Part shown: in pieces, positions 14,401 through 26,863 of the stretch
How positions within the stretch are numbered: the stretch's first letter is position 1
How the letters are laid out: each line of letters starts with the position of its first letter
DNA from: Zygnema circumcarinatum SAG 698-1b
Lineage: Eukaryota > Plantae > Zygnematophyceae
DNA: 64,000 bases
Direction: 5' to 3'
NCBI GenBank assembly: GCA_037447605.1
Contig: CM074804.1
Coordinates: 4,503,909 to 4,567,908, forward strand
Program-made: the position numbers and the translations under genes
The notes under the pieces: model-generated
What the model was told of the DNA's origin: nothing
What the model saw: the letters and a program-made list of their open reading frames with translations, nothing else
The model's database searches: none

Positions 14401-17163
14401 TCAACTTACTGAAGATGAAGTTAAAGTCCCGACATTATCAATATCAATGACCAACAAAGAGCGTGAAGTTGGCTGAATGTTACACCAAAAAAACACAGAA
14501 AACGAGATAGATAAAGCGAGAAGGGAGGGCGAACTGTAATCATTTTAAAGTCTCACCTTCACTCCTGCCTGCTGACAGCGAGCTACTGCTTCACGAACAT
14601 GGGGTCGGCAAGGGTCCTGCAGAACAGGGGGTCGTTTGGAAATTTTTAGAGCTTTGGGGGTTATCATTGAGTCCTAACTCTTAGCCGCATTTATCGACGA
14701 CGTACAAAGTCAATAGCCAGCTCTCGGCAGTCCAAAAGCATCCTGAAGATTACATGCATGCTTCATAGAGAACTATGCTGTCAGTCTTTCTCTAATGTGA
14801 AGGGGATTAGTACGATAGGAAGAGCAACAAGGCTCATCCTCCCAGGTAGTTTCGGAATGTCTGTCAGCTCACTCACCTTCATGCCAACCACAGCAAGAAG
14901 TGTGAGATTTGTGTCAGGAAATGTCCACGTGTCCGATTCTATAGTTTCGTGAGGAGGAATCTCTGATGCTGCCAACGGCCGGTAGGCGATGGCGATGCAG
15001 CGCAGACTCTGCTGCGCCATGTCGGTCACATCGGCGAGAATTTGCGACATCTGCAAGGAGATCGGAGAAACAACAATAACAATAACAATGCTTAATAGCA
15101 ATGCATCATGGAACTAAAAGAATACTGGGCACAAATTAACCATGGTGGGGAAGGGAGCAAACACAACGAGATGCAGCCATATGAGAGAAGATGGCAATGC
15201 AAAAGGACCGAAGGCCTGCAAGTCCTCACCATTGCTTCCGTCATGTTTTGGAGTTTGCCATCTGAGCCCGCCCACTTCGTGCACTGCTCCAAAATGATCT
15301 CAGCTGCCCCTTTCCAGTGCACTCTCACTTCACCAGATTGGGCCACCTGCAATGGAAGATGAAGGCACAAGAAAGGCAAGCCCGTTTTGGGAGTGCCGGT
15401 TTACAAGTAAGGAAAAAAAAAAAAAAAATGTTCACAGACGAACCAATTGAGGAATAGGCAAATGCTTGAAAATAAACCAATGTAAAACCAATAGCGTGCG
15501 AAACGCCATTTAGACGAAGGCTTCCACCTAGTTCATGGTTGGGAGTTACCTTGACTACCACTCCAGCTCTCTTCTTGCTCGAGTTGAAGGTTTCCACTTG
15601 TATGATGTCTGCCTTTGCTCGTAATGCATGGAAATCCATCCCCATCTGCGGGAACAACTCCCACCTTCAGTATCAGCTATCTCGATCAACACCTCAGGAT
15701 GAGGTTGAACACGTCTATAGCCGATCGGACCTTATGTTGAACTCGTGCAGAAACTCTCATTGAAAACGGAGGGGAGGTTTATGCTGTGCGACGCAAAGGC
15801 AGAGCATTCTGTGAGAGCGCGTACCTTGAGTCCCCACGAGAAGAGAGCAGACTCTGTCGGACTGCCAGTCACCTTCGGAGGGGCCCCGTCCTGTACGAAA
15901 AATACACAAATATTCATTTTTTGTCAGTTTGGAATTCTGCAACCTCAAGTGGGAAGCATTGCAGATGAGTCTCAGCGGTCTTCTTCACGTGTCATGGCCT
16001 TCCCTCCCTCTCCCTTCCCCCCCCCCCCCTTTTTTTTTTTTTGAAAGCAGGTGATTATTGTGAGGGCAGATTACTCACTGATCGGCCAAAAATACTTCCG
16101 GTACTGTTCTGAGCGAGCCCTTCCAAAAGGACCTGCTCACAGAAACAGAAGCTCTCATCAGCAAGAAAGGTGTGCATGGCGGCATAGCATATGTCAATGT
16201 ATGAGGAATAAAAGGAAACCTTAAACTCTTAGCGAAAGGAAATGATGGTTCTGGTAAAGGGCGACTCCTGATTACATGGTTGAGATCATCATTAGTCCAA
16301 GGAAAATGGCCATTGTTTGAAAGGAAACACTGCCAGATTCTCGAGCAAAATCAAGTCTTTAAGTACTGCACAGCCGAGATAAGGAGCTTTTTTCCGAATG
16401 CTGCTCTTGCCTGCGAGAAATGCTCCGTTCCATCCACTTTCTGCGCATCCTCTGCTTGCTTCCCACCAATCCATACCCTCGTAACGGTCATCTGCACATG
16501 GCACACCGAATGCATGAGGAGGCATATTGGCGCCATATGGGGAGTTGAAATGATATAGATATGAAGCACGAGACAGAAAGGTAATGAAGTTAAATGAGGA
16601 GATATGAGAGGGACAGCGAAGGAGAAATTTGTGCCTGGTTCATGGTGAGAGTTCCTGTCTTGTCACTGCAAATGGTTGTGGCCGACCCCATAGTCTCGCA
16701 AGCTGCCAAATTTCTAACCTGTCCATCACAAACGAGATCATGTCAGAGGAAGGTTCAGCTAAAGAACATGAGCCCCCTCTTCCAGCATCATGAATCTGCT
16801 CAGAAGACACAATGATTTTTTGGTAATAGTTGACAGAGCCCATCGGTGCGCAATAACTCGCAGAAGAGTAATACCAATGCCTTGTCGGTCATCATCTTGC
16901 CCATGGAGTACGCCAAACTGCACATCATATGAACAGCCAAGGGACGAGAAGCATGTTATGTCATGAACACTCATCGTGTCTCCCTAGCCCCCCCTGTGTG
17001 CATAGTTAGGAGTTTCGTAAGTAGCTCGCTAACCATGCTCGCAGTGTACACGATCAGAAATTTTACTTGCACAGGTATTTGTTCACAAAACCACACACTT
17101 TAGTCGCAGGGAAAGGCAGTCTAACTGAGATTATGCTTGTTATTTCAAGAGCATTCGCGCTCC

Positions 17164-17226
<63 letters not shown>

Positions 17227-18104
17227 CTCTCTCATGCACACGCAGAGGCACCTCACTTACCTTAAAGTAACAGCGAGTGGAAGACCTTCAGGGACAGCGA
17301 TTACAAGAATAGTCACCTGGGACACACTCAAAGGAAATCCACTCAGTCCCTTATGGCCTGAATTTACAGTAACTGAATCGCAATGCATATGAGAATAACG
17401 AGTCAAGTAAGCAATTTTACCGACTTTCAAGTTACATTCAAATGCTGCAACTGTTGAATCTGATTGAAGGGCAATCTATGTGTCCTTCCAAGGAGTGACC
17501 TTGAGATGAATATTTGTGAAATTCGGATGACATTAATAGATTTAGCAGGAAGGAAAAAAAACGATGTCGAACAACATTTGTTCACCGGAACTTTCGACTG
17601 ACAACAGGACGAAGGAGGATAGTCTAACTCACAGAAATAGTAAAAATGTCGACAAGTTCAGAGGCTATGTCAGAAAAGGATGAATTTAGGCCGCCATATA
17701 CGAAAAACCGAATGAGGAGAACCATAAGTATGAGGGCGGCAACGGAGAGACCGATCTGCCCTATTTGCACCGCGAGGGTGTTCAAGCGCTCCTGCCCCAA
17801 GCAAGACCAACAATTTGCACGTTCAGACGAAATTCATGAGCACGGATAAAGGGAGAGGAAATACATTAGATGGTAAGGTTGCATTAGGAAATGGAGGGTA
17901 CCTGTAGGGGTGTTTCTGACTGATTGTCGTCACTCAAGGTGCTCATAACTCGTCCCCATTCCGTATTTGTTCCAACACCGGTGATCTATCATCATCATCA
18001 TCAACATCGTCATCAGCGTCAGAGTCATCACTATCAACAATATCATCATCATCAACAATATCATCATCATCAACAATATCATCGTCATCATCATCATCAA
18101 CAAT

Positions 18105-18143
<39 letters not shown>

Positions 18144-21100
18144 GGTATAGTTGTGACCATCATCGGTTTACTAGTAAGGCCGTTATTTCCGATGGTGGTT
18201 TAGCCCTGTTACGACAGAGGGTTGGCGTGCAGGAGGAGGGAGCTCACCAGCATGGTGCCGAACCCGTCCACCACTTTGCAGCCCGAGAGCAGGAAAGGCT
18301 CTTTGGAATCTTTGTGCCTCTGCATTTCCACGCAAACCCAGCATTGTCGCCTTACAAATTCCATACCCGTGCAGCAAGATCTTACAAAAAATCTCAAAAC
18401 GTGTGCACTACAACAGTTTTTGGAAAGTCTTATAATGCTCGCAGGTAAGGAAACTCTTAGAGCGCGTGCATTCTTTTCCTCTCGTTAACAGCATTTCAGT
18501 CTACATCTCTGCAACAACAAATGTTGGCTCTCACTGGATGGCTCTCTCCCGTCATGCTTGATTCGTCGATTGTCAAAGAATGCCCGCTCACCAGCACACC
18601 ATCACCCGGCACCTGTAAAATTTTAGCAAAAAAATTACCTTAGCAAAAAAACCCTCAGCTCTGGTCGCTTAAAGCAGTCTTCACGAATAACAGACTGACC
18701 ACCACTTTCTTTTATGCAGTTTTAAACATGCAGCAAGTTTCAGTCCCTTCTTTTCGTAAACTCTTAAAAAAATCGATTGTAGCTAAGCAAGCAGGTTTTA
18801 CCTGGTCTCCAATAGCTAGAGGTACAATATCGCCCACAACCAGATCGTAGATGGACAGGGTTACTGGCCATCCAGAACGAATGACCTGCAAAGAGTTAAA
18901 CCAGATTTGGTAGTCGGATTTTTTTTGCTGGAATCCGATTGTTTGTAACAAAGCATGAATGTTCGCAAGATACAGAAAGAGGTGAGGTTAATGGTCGAGG
19001 TCTATACCTGCAGTTGTATGTTCGCCTTTTCTGCATTCAGACCCTTGAACTGAAGAGTCTGCCTAAAGTCGCTAACACCTGCAGAGGTAGCCAAATGCAG
19101 TGAGCAGAAAATTCAACCCTTTAGAATCCCCTAACAAAATCTCAGGACGAAAGTGCCGAAAAGGTTATCGAAAGCACTTAGTTTACGATACTTAAGAAAA
19201 AAACAACTTCGATAAATGACGTGCCTGAAAATACAATTGGACATTTTCAGCTTGTTTCTCTGTCAGTGAGGTGTGAAGGAGGCTCGGCACTCACTTGTCA
19301 CAAAAACGATCAACACAACCGCAAAAAGGATGCCTGCTCCATCGTACCAACCACTGTCGGATGACTGTGAAGTGAGGAAACGGATTGATAATGAAAGAGA
19401 GGAGAAAGTTAACATGACAGAAGCAAATGGGCAGGGAAAGGACTCCAAAGTTTAGTTCTTCTCGCGTTTCCCTGTCCCTTCTACCTTCCCAATACTTGAT
19501 GGAGTCTGAATCTGCTATTTACTTGCCAATGATTTGCAGGACTTTCTCACCTCGAGTTCTCCAAGTACTAAGGAAATGATCGCGCAGACCGTGAGGACGA
19601 CGAGGGTGGCATCTTGGCATGCGTTCCACAAGAACGACTGAAGATTGCCCAAACCAACATGACTTAGGACCAATCAGACATTCATCATATTTGTTTAAAG
19701 TGGCATTTCCCCCTCTCCTTGTATGGTTAAAACTGCTTCCTTCTTGTCCATAATTCAGTCGCTTTTGCACCATAGAAATGCGAAGCCTCAAAAGAAAATA
19801 CTCATGGTAAGATCGAGGAATTATACAAGGTACGATCTTGAAGGCTTTTCCGGGTACTTGTTTTCTCCAAATGCTCTTCTTCTGTTCTCTAAATCCTCCG
19901 AAGTTCCGACGATTCCCGTCTCCAAGTCTACATGAAGGTCTCTTGCCAGGCCGGAAACCTGCGGCCAATAAGCTGCAACCGCTTAGAAAACAGAGGCCAA
20001 CCTCTGCACACTATGTTTCAGAAAATCCTAAATCTGATGTTACATTTGCTACTGGAAGCATCCGTATTGTTTAGGTTCCGGTACGCTATCGATACCTTGC
20101 CAGCCAAGTTCCGGTGGTTCAGATCCCAATCATCACTTAGACAACCATTTGCTTTCATTGTGGCATATCAATCTATGCTTCCAGTGCAGCTCTGATTCAA
20201 TATGCTGCGACCTTATCGTTGACGTTGTCAAGGGTCGTGGTTTGAGTTTACCCCTCCAGCAGTGTGAAGCTTCTCCAAGGTGGCACTCTCATTAAGCTCA
20301 ACCAGCTCGCTATTTGTCACACCGAATAAATCGTCTGTTAACAAGTTACAGCTATCCCGTCAGGAAACAATAGGGAAGGGAAGGATCGGGGGGGGCAAAC
20401 GAAAGACGAAGAAGGAAATGGAAAGGAGAAAATAAACTTAATGGGAAGTTATGCAACAAAGGTGGGTCTGCATTTGTCTGAACACTGAGCAGAGATGAAT
20501 TAACCATCCACTGAAATGAAGACTCCCTGAGGCATTCTTAGATCCCCACCTTGTGAAGGTGATGACCCCACTTTTTCCGAAGCCATTTCAATCTAAGTAC
20601 TGCCTGCAAAAGCAGTCGACTCATTGTTGTAAGAAACGCGACTTGTCTCTTAACTTCTCTTGTTTTATCGATTTTTGTTCTTTCTATCCTTCAACAAAGA
20701 ACTTTCAGATTACAATAAACTCTTGAAGGTTGGGGCCGCAAGCCAGCACTGACTGAACTAGTGGTAGCGCATGCGTGCGTGCTTTGTGGAATCAAAAGAA
20801 CGTACCCGAATCTCTAGAAAATTCTACAATTCCTATTTCCATTTCCACACCTTGACTTTTCTTTTTTCATTTCCATTTTTATTTTTGATTTATATTGGAA
20901 GAATTGGGCATATTCCCCCACGCTCAAATCAGATTAAACATTAGAGAATCAAAGAACATCCCAGCTGCTGGAGAAGATGTTATTCCATTCAGAAGGCCGA
21001 AAATAAGCGGGAGAAGTGAGAATTGGTCTTTAGTTGAAGAAATTTTCTTTCTCTCCTTAAAAGGCGACGTGCTTCTCAATGATTTCAGTCATTGACAAGC

Positions 21101-21176
21101 CTGAACAGAGCTTTGCCTCGCTTGGCTCTTGATATAAAGAGTATAAGGATGCTTCAAGATCGCACGCAGAGCTCAT
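11444..21176 (-). CDS. ACA: Autoinhibited-type P2B Ca2+-ATPase (ACA8/9/10-like), ~25-30 exons; start and stop tentative
   Basis: Exons read: [14 protein letters not shown]; [15 protein letters not shown]; [12 protein letters not shown]; [19 protein letters not shown]; [19 protein letters not shown]; [11 protein letters not shown]; [10 protein letters not shown]; [13 protein letters not shown]; [11 protein letters not shown]; [11 protein letters not shown]; VRMVTGDN; ARSSPTDK...[15 protein letters not shown]; [28 protein letters not shown]; [20 protein letters not shown]; [12 protein letters not shown]; [12 protein letters not shown]; LFNEVNCR; [10 protein letters not shown]. Candidate ATG at 21176 ([16 protein letters not shown]). 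Confidence 0.92.
17167..17220. repeat. (CT)n microsatellite, intronic
   Basis: About 27 perfect CT units. Confidence 0.95.
17988..18143. repeat. (CAT)n compound microsatellite with CAACAATAT interruptions, intronic
   Basis: A direct reading of the sequence; it produces the artefactual poly-His and poly-Met ORFs. Confidence 0.9.
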
Positions 21177-22231
21177 GGCTCAGAAGGTTTTAAGCAATTC
21201 GATTTTAACTCTGCAATAAATATTTCCAAGATTCTTCCCTTTCCTTTTCTGCTCATTAACTACATCTCCGCCATTAATATTATTAATAATCTGAAATCCT
21301 GACGATGTGGATGATTTTGAAGTTGCAGAACGAGCGACGCTGGTGATGTTGCTGAACTCGCTCATGTTAATAGAAACATTAATCTTGCAGATAGCACTGA
21401 ATCTGCTGACCTTCAGCTGATTTTGCAAGCATAGCCTCTGCAAAATACTTGAAAGAGCTCAACCATGCAGCTCACCTGAGCGCCTTGTCAGGGGAATGCG
21501 TTTTTCTACAGGCTCGAAGTGGACCCTGATTTCAAGAGAACGCACTCGCCTCCTTTAGAACTAAACTGCTCGAGACAAGATGCAGCCTCACTGAAACCGT
21601 GATTTTTATTCCTTGAGCAGTCCCCTCCCCTCCCCTCCACTCTCAGCGAGAGGCAGCCGCACGCCCCGTCCCGTCCCACGCCCTCTCGCCACGGGCCCGC
21701 CTTCAAGTTCAAGCGCTATCTTTTCTCTCTCACTCCCCCTCTCTCGCCCTCTCTCGCGCTCCCTCTCTCTCACTATCTCTCTCTCGAGTAGCGTCGGGCC
21801 GCTTGCAGGAGCGCGACCAGAGGCCCTGCCCCCGCCCGGCATCGGTACTCCGCAGAGGGAGCGGGCAGGAGGAGCACGAGGTACTGCGTTCGGGCAGGCT
21901 CTCAAACTGCATGAGGGCATGGGGGGCTAACGGAAGTCGGCCCAATAACTACTTGCCACGTGGACAGCAAAAGTGAAAAGCAATGGTCAACCCGGCGAGG
22001 CCCATCGAACGAGGACAAAAAGTACAGATCTTTGTCGGGATTCGGAAGCCGTAAGTAGAAATCCGGGCAGCATTCGAATTCTTGTGGCACTTGACCGGAG
22101 AGCTTCGGCCAGTCACAGGCGGCCGCCGGGACGTCGGCGGACGCCTATTGGCTAACATTTATTTTCGGGCACCAATTTTCGACGCGATCCGGGCAAGCCC
22201 CGCAACTGCGGGCTGGATCTCCATGTTCGTC

Positions 22232-22380
22232 TGCCAATGGTTGGCAATGGGTGGCAACCATTGCTAAGGAATGGAAACCATTGGGTTGGCGGACCTAGCC
22301 AACCATTGCTGATGGATCCAATCATTGGTTGCGACTGGTTCAAAGCATTGGATTCAATGGCTTCCAACCATTGGTAATGA
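22232..22380. repeat. Cluster of CCAATGGTT/AACCATTGG motifs (degenerate dispersed repeat)
   Basis: About 9 variants in ~150 bp (ccaatggttgg, caaccattgc, aaaccattggg, ccaatcattggtt, ccaaccattggt). Confidence 0.6.
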
Positions 22381-23075
22381 TTCGGACTGCTGTTTGGGAT
22401 AGCTACTTTTCTGCACACTTGCGCATAAGGTTAATGGCGCTTATTGGCGCTTATGCCGCTTATTGGCGGTGTAATGCTTGAGACATTTCCTCTTCTATCT
22501 TGTGTTCGAGAGATGGGTTCGACTCTCCCACTCGGCGCCTGTGCGCTCTTTGAACCATTCTTCGAGGGACTCAGCCAACCATTGGCAAACAATGGTTGTG
22601 GCATAGCTGCTCCACCGGCTCGACCCGTGAAGAGTGCATATCTCAGACGCTCTGGAGTGCAAGAAGGTCGACATAATGCGTGCGATGCCTCTCTCTCTCT
22701 AGCCAATAGCAACGAGCCCGCCCGCCTTGGAATGCTTTCCAAGCCTAGGATCGAAGGTGTAGATCACAAGACGAAAGGTCTAGCTGTATGCAACGTGACA
22801 AAGTGTTTTGCACATAAGGTAATGATGGTCCTGCATTTATATCACGTGGAGCATGAAACCACGAGGTACAACAACTAAAAACAAGCCCGCACTTATTACT
22901 CTTTTAATTAAGCTTTAAAAAATAAAATAAAAAAAACCGATAAAAGCGTCAACCTATCAAAAGAACCTCCGCCTGTACTCCTGTCTTGAAGTTTCTTCCC
23001 TCTTCTCCTCTCTCCTTTCTCTTGGCTTTCTACAGTTGGCGACCTCTTCAATACAGGGTGGTCTACGTGAACGAG

Positions 23076-26000
23076 CTACGGTTTGTCGGACTCCACATAC
23101 GACCTGTACAACATGTCTCCATGCACCGAGGACGCCCCATACTTTGACTGGCCATGCTCCTCCGCCCCCTCCTTCACAGAACCTAAATTAACTGCACTCC
23201 TCTCCCCCCCGGTCGGGCTTTCCGGAATATTCACCTCCTCAAACCGCCCACTTGCTTCATACCTTCCACTCGCCCCATAGCGCATACTCGACCCAAGTCG
23301 GAAGCTTGTTCCAAACCTATTGCTGTCATCGTACCTCCCACTCTCTGTAGGCGTCTTGGCCTCTTCATTGAACAGCTTTAGATTTCCTGCCGAGGATGCG
23401 CGGGGCATTCTCGTACTCTTCGAGCGCGGCGAATTATGATTCTCACTATATTTAAAAACGCGAGTGGAGGCGGAAATGCCACGTGGAGCAAGATAAGGGG
23501 CTACGGCATCCAATCCCATGCCTTGGTTTGATCCTTTCGTGCTCTCCTCCAGCTTCCTACCTCTGTTCAAATGCTTCATAGCCATCCGTCTACCCTTGAG
23601 AATCTCCAAGAAGACCTCCACATCGAACTCAACAGGGAAGCCCAGCTCTCCAATTTTGGCCTCCTCCGCCCCCCCATAGAGCATGTTTTGGCGGAGCCGT
23701 CTGAGGGAGTCGGCCTGTGAGGACATCCCAAGATGCACCAATAGGGCCTCGAGCTCGGTCTCTCTCAGAGTGCCACCTGTCTTGCTCACCTCCCGCATCT
23801 TCCGTCCTATGGTCCGTAGCTCCTTAGCATCCAGCAGCACCGATAAGAGCACAACCGCCGCCTTTTGGAACTGCGAATGGCACCATCCAACGCTCGACCA
23901 ATTTTCAGATTTCTAAACTCAAGCATCCAGAAGTAGCTATTTAGGTTTTCCGTCCCAATGAGTAAATAGATAAACAGAAAGTACATACACACATGAAGTA
24001 AAAAATGCGAAATATACACAAAGGAGAAAACAGAGGAGAGTCCTGCCCCACCTGCCGTATTCTTGTGTAGGCTTGGATGCCGCGAATGGACCCTTCAAGG
24101 TTAACCTTGCCACGTGGCGCAACTCCAGTGATCCACGGATGGTTTAGCGCCTGTGCTGGTGTGATCCGGGACCGTGGATCCGGGTCAAGCAGCTTCTTTA
24201 AAAGATCTACCAGAGCCAATGACGTCGAAGGGGGCAGCCCTTCAACTTTTCCAGCCTGCCCGCCGCCCTCCAATGTCCCCGAGCTGCCTCAGCGGCCACG
24301 AATCCCACCCTCCTCTCAAAGCTCCCAGGCGCCCCAATTGCTTTTCAATGCCTGCCACGTGTCGCCTACCAGGAGGCTCTGCCACGTGTCGCCTACCTGG
24401 AGGCTCTGCCACGTTGGATTGTTCTTCACTGATTGGCTGGTGAGGACAGGTGGCAGCCCTGTGAGCAGCACATAGAGGATGGCTCCCACGCTCCATGTGT
24501 CCACTTCTCGACCGTAATCGGGCGGCCTCCCCCAGACCTCGGGAGCAGCATAGAACGGCGTTGCCATGAAGTCGTGCAGGCGCGTCTTCTCGCCCACAAT
24601 GGCAGCACTCCCAAAATCCACCACCTTAATGTCCAGCCCGTCCGGCTCAGAAAGGAGGATGTTCTCCGGCTTCTGCAGGAACAATTCAGAACTGTGAGAG
24701 CAAGAGGAAGGGGAGAGGTGAGGTAGGGAGGGGAGGCGGTCAAACAGAGTGCTTCAATAGAGGGAGTGGAAGCGAGCTTACTAGGTCTCTGTGAACCACT
24801 CCCTTCCTGTGGCAGTAGTCAACGGCCTCCAGCAGCTGCTGCCCTGCAGGGCGGGCAGAGCTCGAGGGGCAAGCGACATCAGGTTGCAGCTTGCAAAAGA
24901 AAGGGCTGACCTGCATGCATGCGCTATGCTATGGGAGGGAAGGCTGGGTTGAAAGAAGGGAACAGATTATGGTTGAAGTCCTGCCGATCATGATCACGTT
25001 ATGTACATTTGATAGGATGACACAACTACACAAACTCGCTATAAGACCGGCCGCCATTGGTGGAATTGATGGAATTGGCAGACACGTTCTCTGTCTCCAT
25101 AGACATCGGCATCGTGAAGGGCCCAAACACCACATAGAACGAGGACGAGGATAGACAGCAATTTAAGTGTCTGTATGCCGAAGCTATAAATCGACAAATC
25201 TAGGAGCCAAGAACGCCCTTAGCAGGGTCCGGGCCTAGTGAAGTGCCTGCTATAGGGAAGCAGGAGAGACAGTGTTCCTCCGACTCTGACCGAGGGGAAG
25301 CCCTCCCTCCCTCCTCCCACCCTTGCCGAAGGTCTCACCAATGCAGGCAGCATCCTCCTCAGAGAAAGTGGCTCTGCCGGCCATGTTCTGGAACAGATCT
25401 CCTCCTCTGGCAAGCTCCAACACCAGGTAAAGGTAGTGATTGTCTTCATATGTTCCGTAAAGCTGAATGATGTGGGGGCAGGAAGTCTCCTTCTCCCATA
25501 GCTGCAAGGCGAAACGCTGTTCCTGTCAGCCAAAACGAGCTCAAGGGCGAGAGTGGGGCTTCTCCATGCAGATGGTTAACTGAATTCTAGCATTGAATCA
25601 GTATCATTTTCTCCTTGAGCTTGTTTCTTAGAATGGGTAGGATTCTCACATGCTGCAACGCCTCCACCTCACTCGTCTGCATCTCCCTCCCAATGGCAGC
25701 ATGTCCCCTTCAAGTCAGACCACGAGAGCAGCGCATACGAAGGAGCTTGCTCCCTCAAAGACTTCCTGTGATTAAACGACAAAAGGCAGCGAATGCAGGC
25801 GAAGAAGTGGGCCGTAAAGAAATGGACTCACGCGGCTGATCCGTTCGGGGCGGCCGCCGAGCACTGCCTTTGAGCAGGCTTTGATGGCCACCTCCTTCGC
25901 GCTGCGCTTGTGGCGCCCCTCTCTGCCAAACAAGGCGCACCTTTAGCGCTTAAATACTGCATACTACTACTACTAATACTGCATGCTACTGATGATTACC

Positions 26001-26750
26001 GCACTTTTTGTTCTCTACTGACATAGAACCATCAGTTGCAACCATCGAAGAAAAAAAGTGTCACATTCTATGATATTCTTTCTGGCTAGTGGGGCCGGAT
26101 GGCTTCAAAGTAATAAAACGGATATTCGAACACATTCCTGTATCTGCTCGGCATGAAAATGGCAATGATTTAAAATACAGGAATAATGGACATCTGGAAA
26201 GAGGGCCCCAAGGTTCTGCAAAGAGAAAGACCAAGGACCACTTGAAAGACTTACGATCCCATGTAGGAAGAGAAAACTGACTTATTGCATTCAGCATAGC
26301 CAAGAACATCACAAACCAACTTCATTAGAACAGTCGCAATTTAAAAAACCAGTAAAATCCGGGAAATTTCAAAATGGCAAGAAAAATGAATATGTTCACT
26401 AGGATGAAGTCAATTTTTTTTCGTTGTACGAGATTCTACGTTATGAAAACTGCTCTCCGGTGACTCTTCATTCTTCAGGTTTAAAAAATCACGGACATCA
26501 GTAGATTCACAAATTTCACCACGCTCACAAGGCTGCATTTTCCACGCCAAAGCTGAAATTCTTGCAAAATTCTTCAATATCGGCGCACCGCGGTCTAGCG
26601 AGGCAGAGCTCACCTGACAGTGGCCACCCTACCAAAGCCCAGCGCCCCTCCCTGAACCCTGTACTCCTCCTCCAACCGCGCGCCTTCTCCCAATTTGGTT
26701 CCTCCAACCAAAAGTGGCTCTGCCACTTCCCGGGAGCCGCAGCCGCCCAT
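23076..26750 (-). CDS. CDPK/CaMK-family Ser/Thr kinase with N-terminal acylation motif, junction-like helix and degenerate EF-hand region (CRK-like)
   Basis: MGGCGSRE start (ATG 26750); ALGFGRVATV; EVAIK; PHIIQLYGTYEDNHYLYLVLELARGGDL; HRDLKPENILL; DFG...TPFYAAPE; DTWSVGAILYVLLTG; DLLKKLLDPDPRSRITPAQALNHPW; IQAYTRIRQ/FQKAAVVLL; long last exon ending at TAG 23076. Confidence 0.88.
24354..24414. repeat. 27-bp tandem repeat (x2.3) spanning a splice donor of the kinase
   Basis: gccacgtgtcgcctaccaggaggctct starts at 24354 and 24381, with a partial copy at 24408. Confidence 0.85.
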
Positions 26751-26832
26751 GGCCGCCCTCGGGCTCACGCGCGGACTGGCAAAGGGAGGAGGCGGCGGGG
26801 GGAACAAGAGTGAGAGGGAGAGAGAAAAAGTA

Positions 26833-26863
<31 letters not shown>

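Noticed and set aside
17924-18448. His-rich ORF (+) and Met-rich ORF (-)
   Set aside because: These are translations of an intronic (CAT)n microsatellite, antisense to or inside the ATPase gene.
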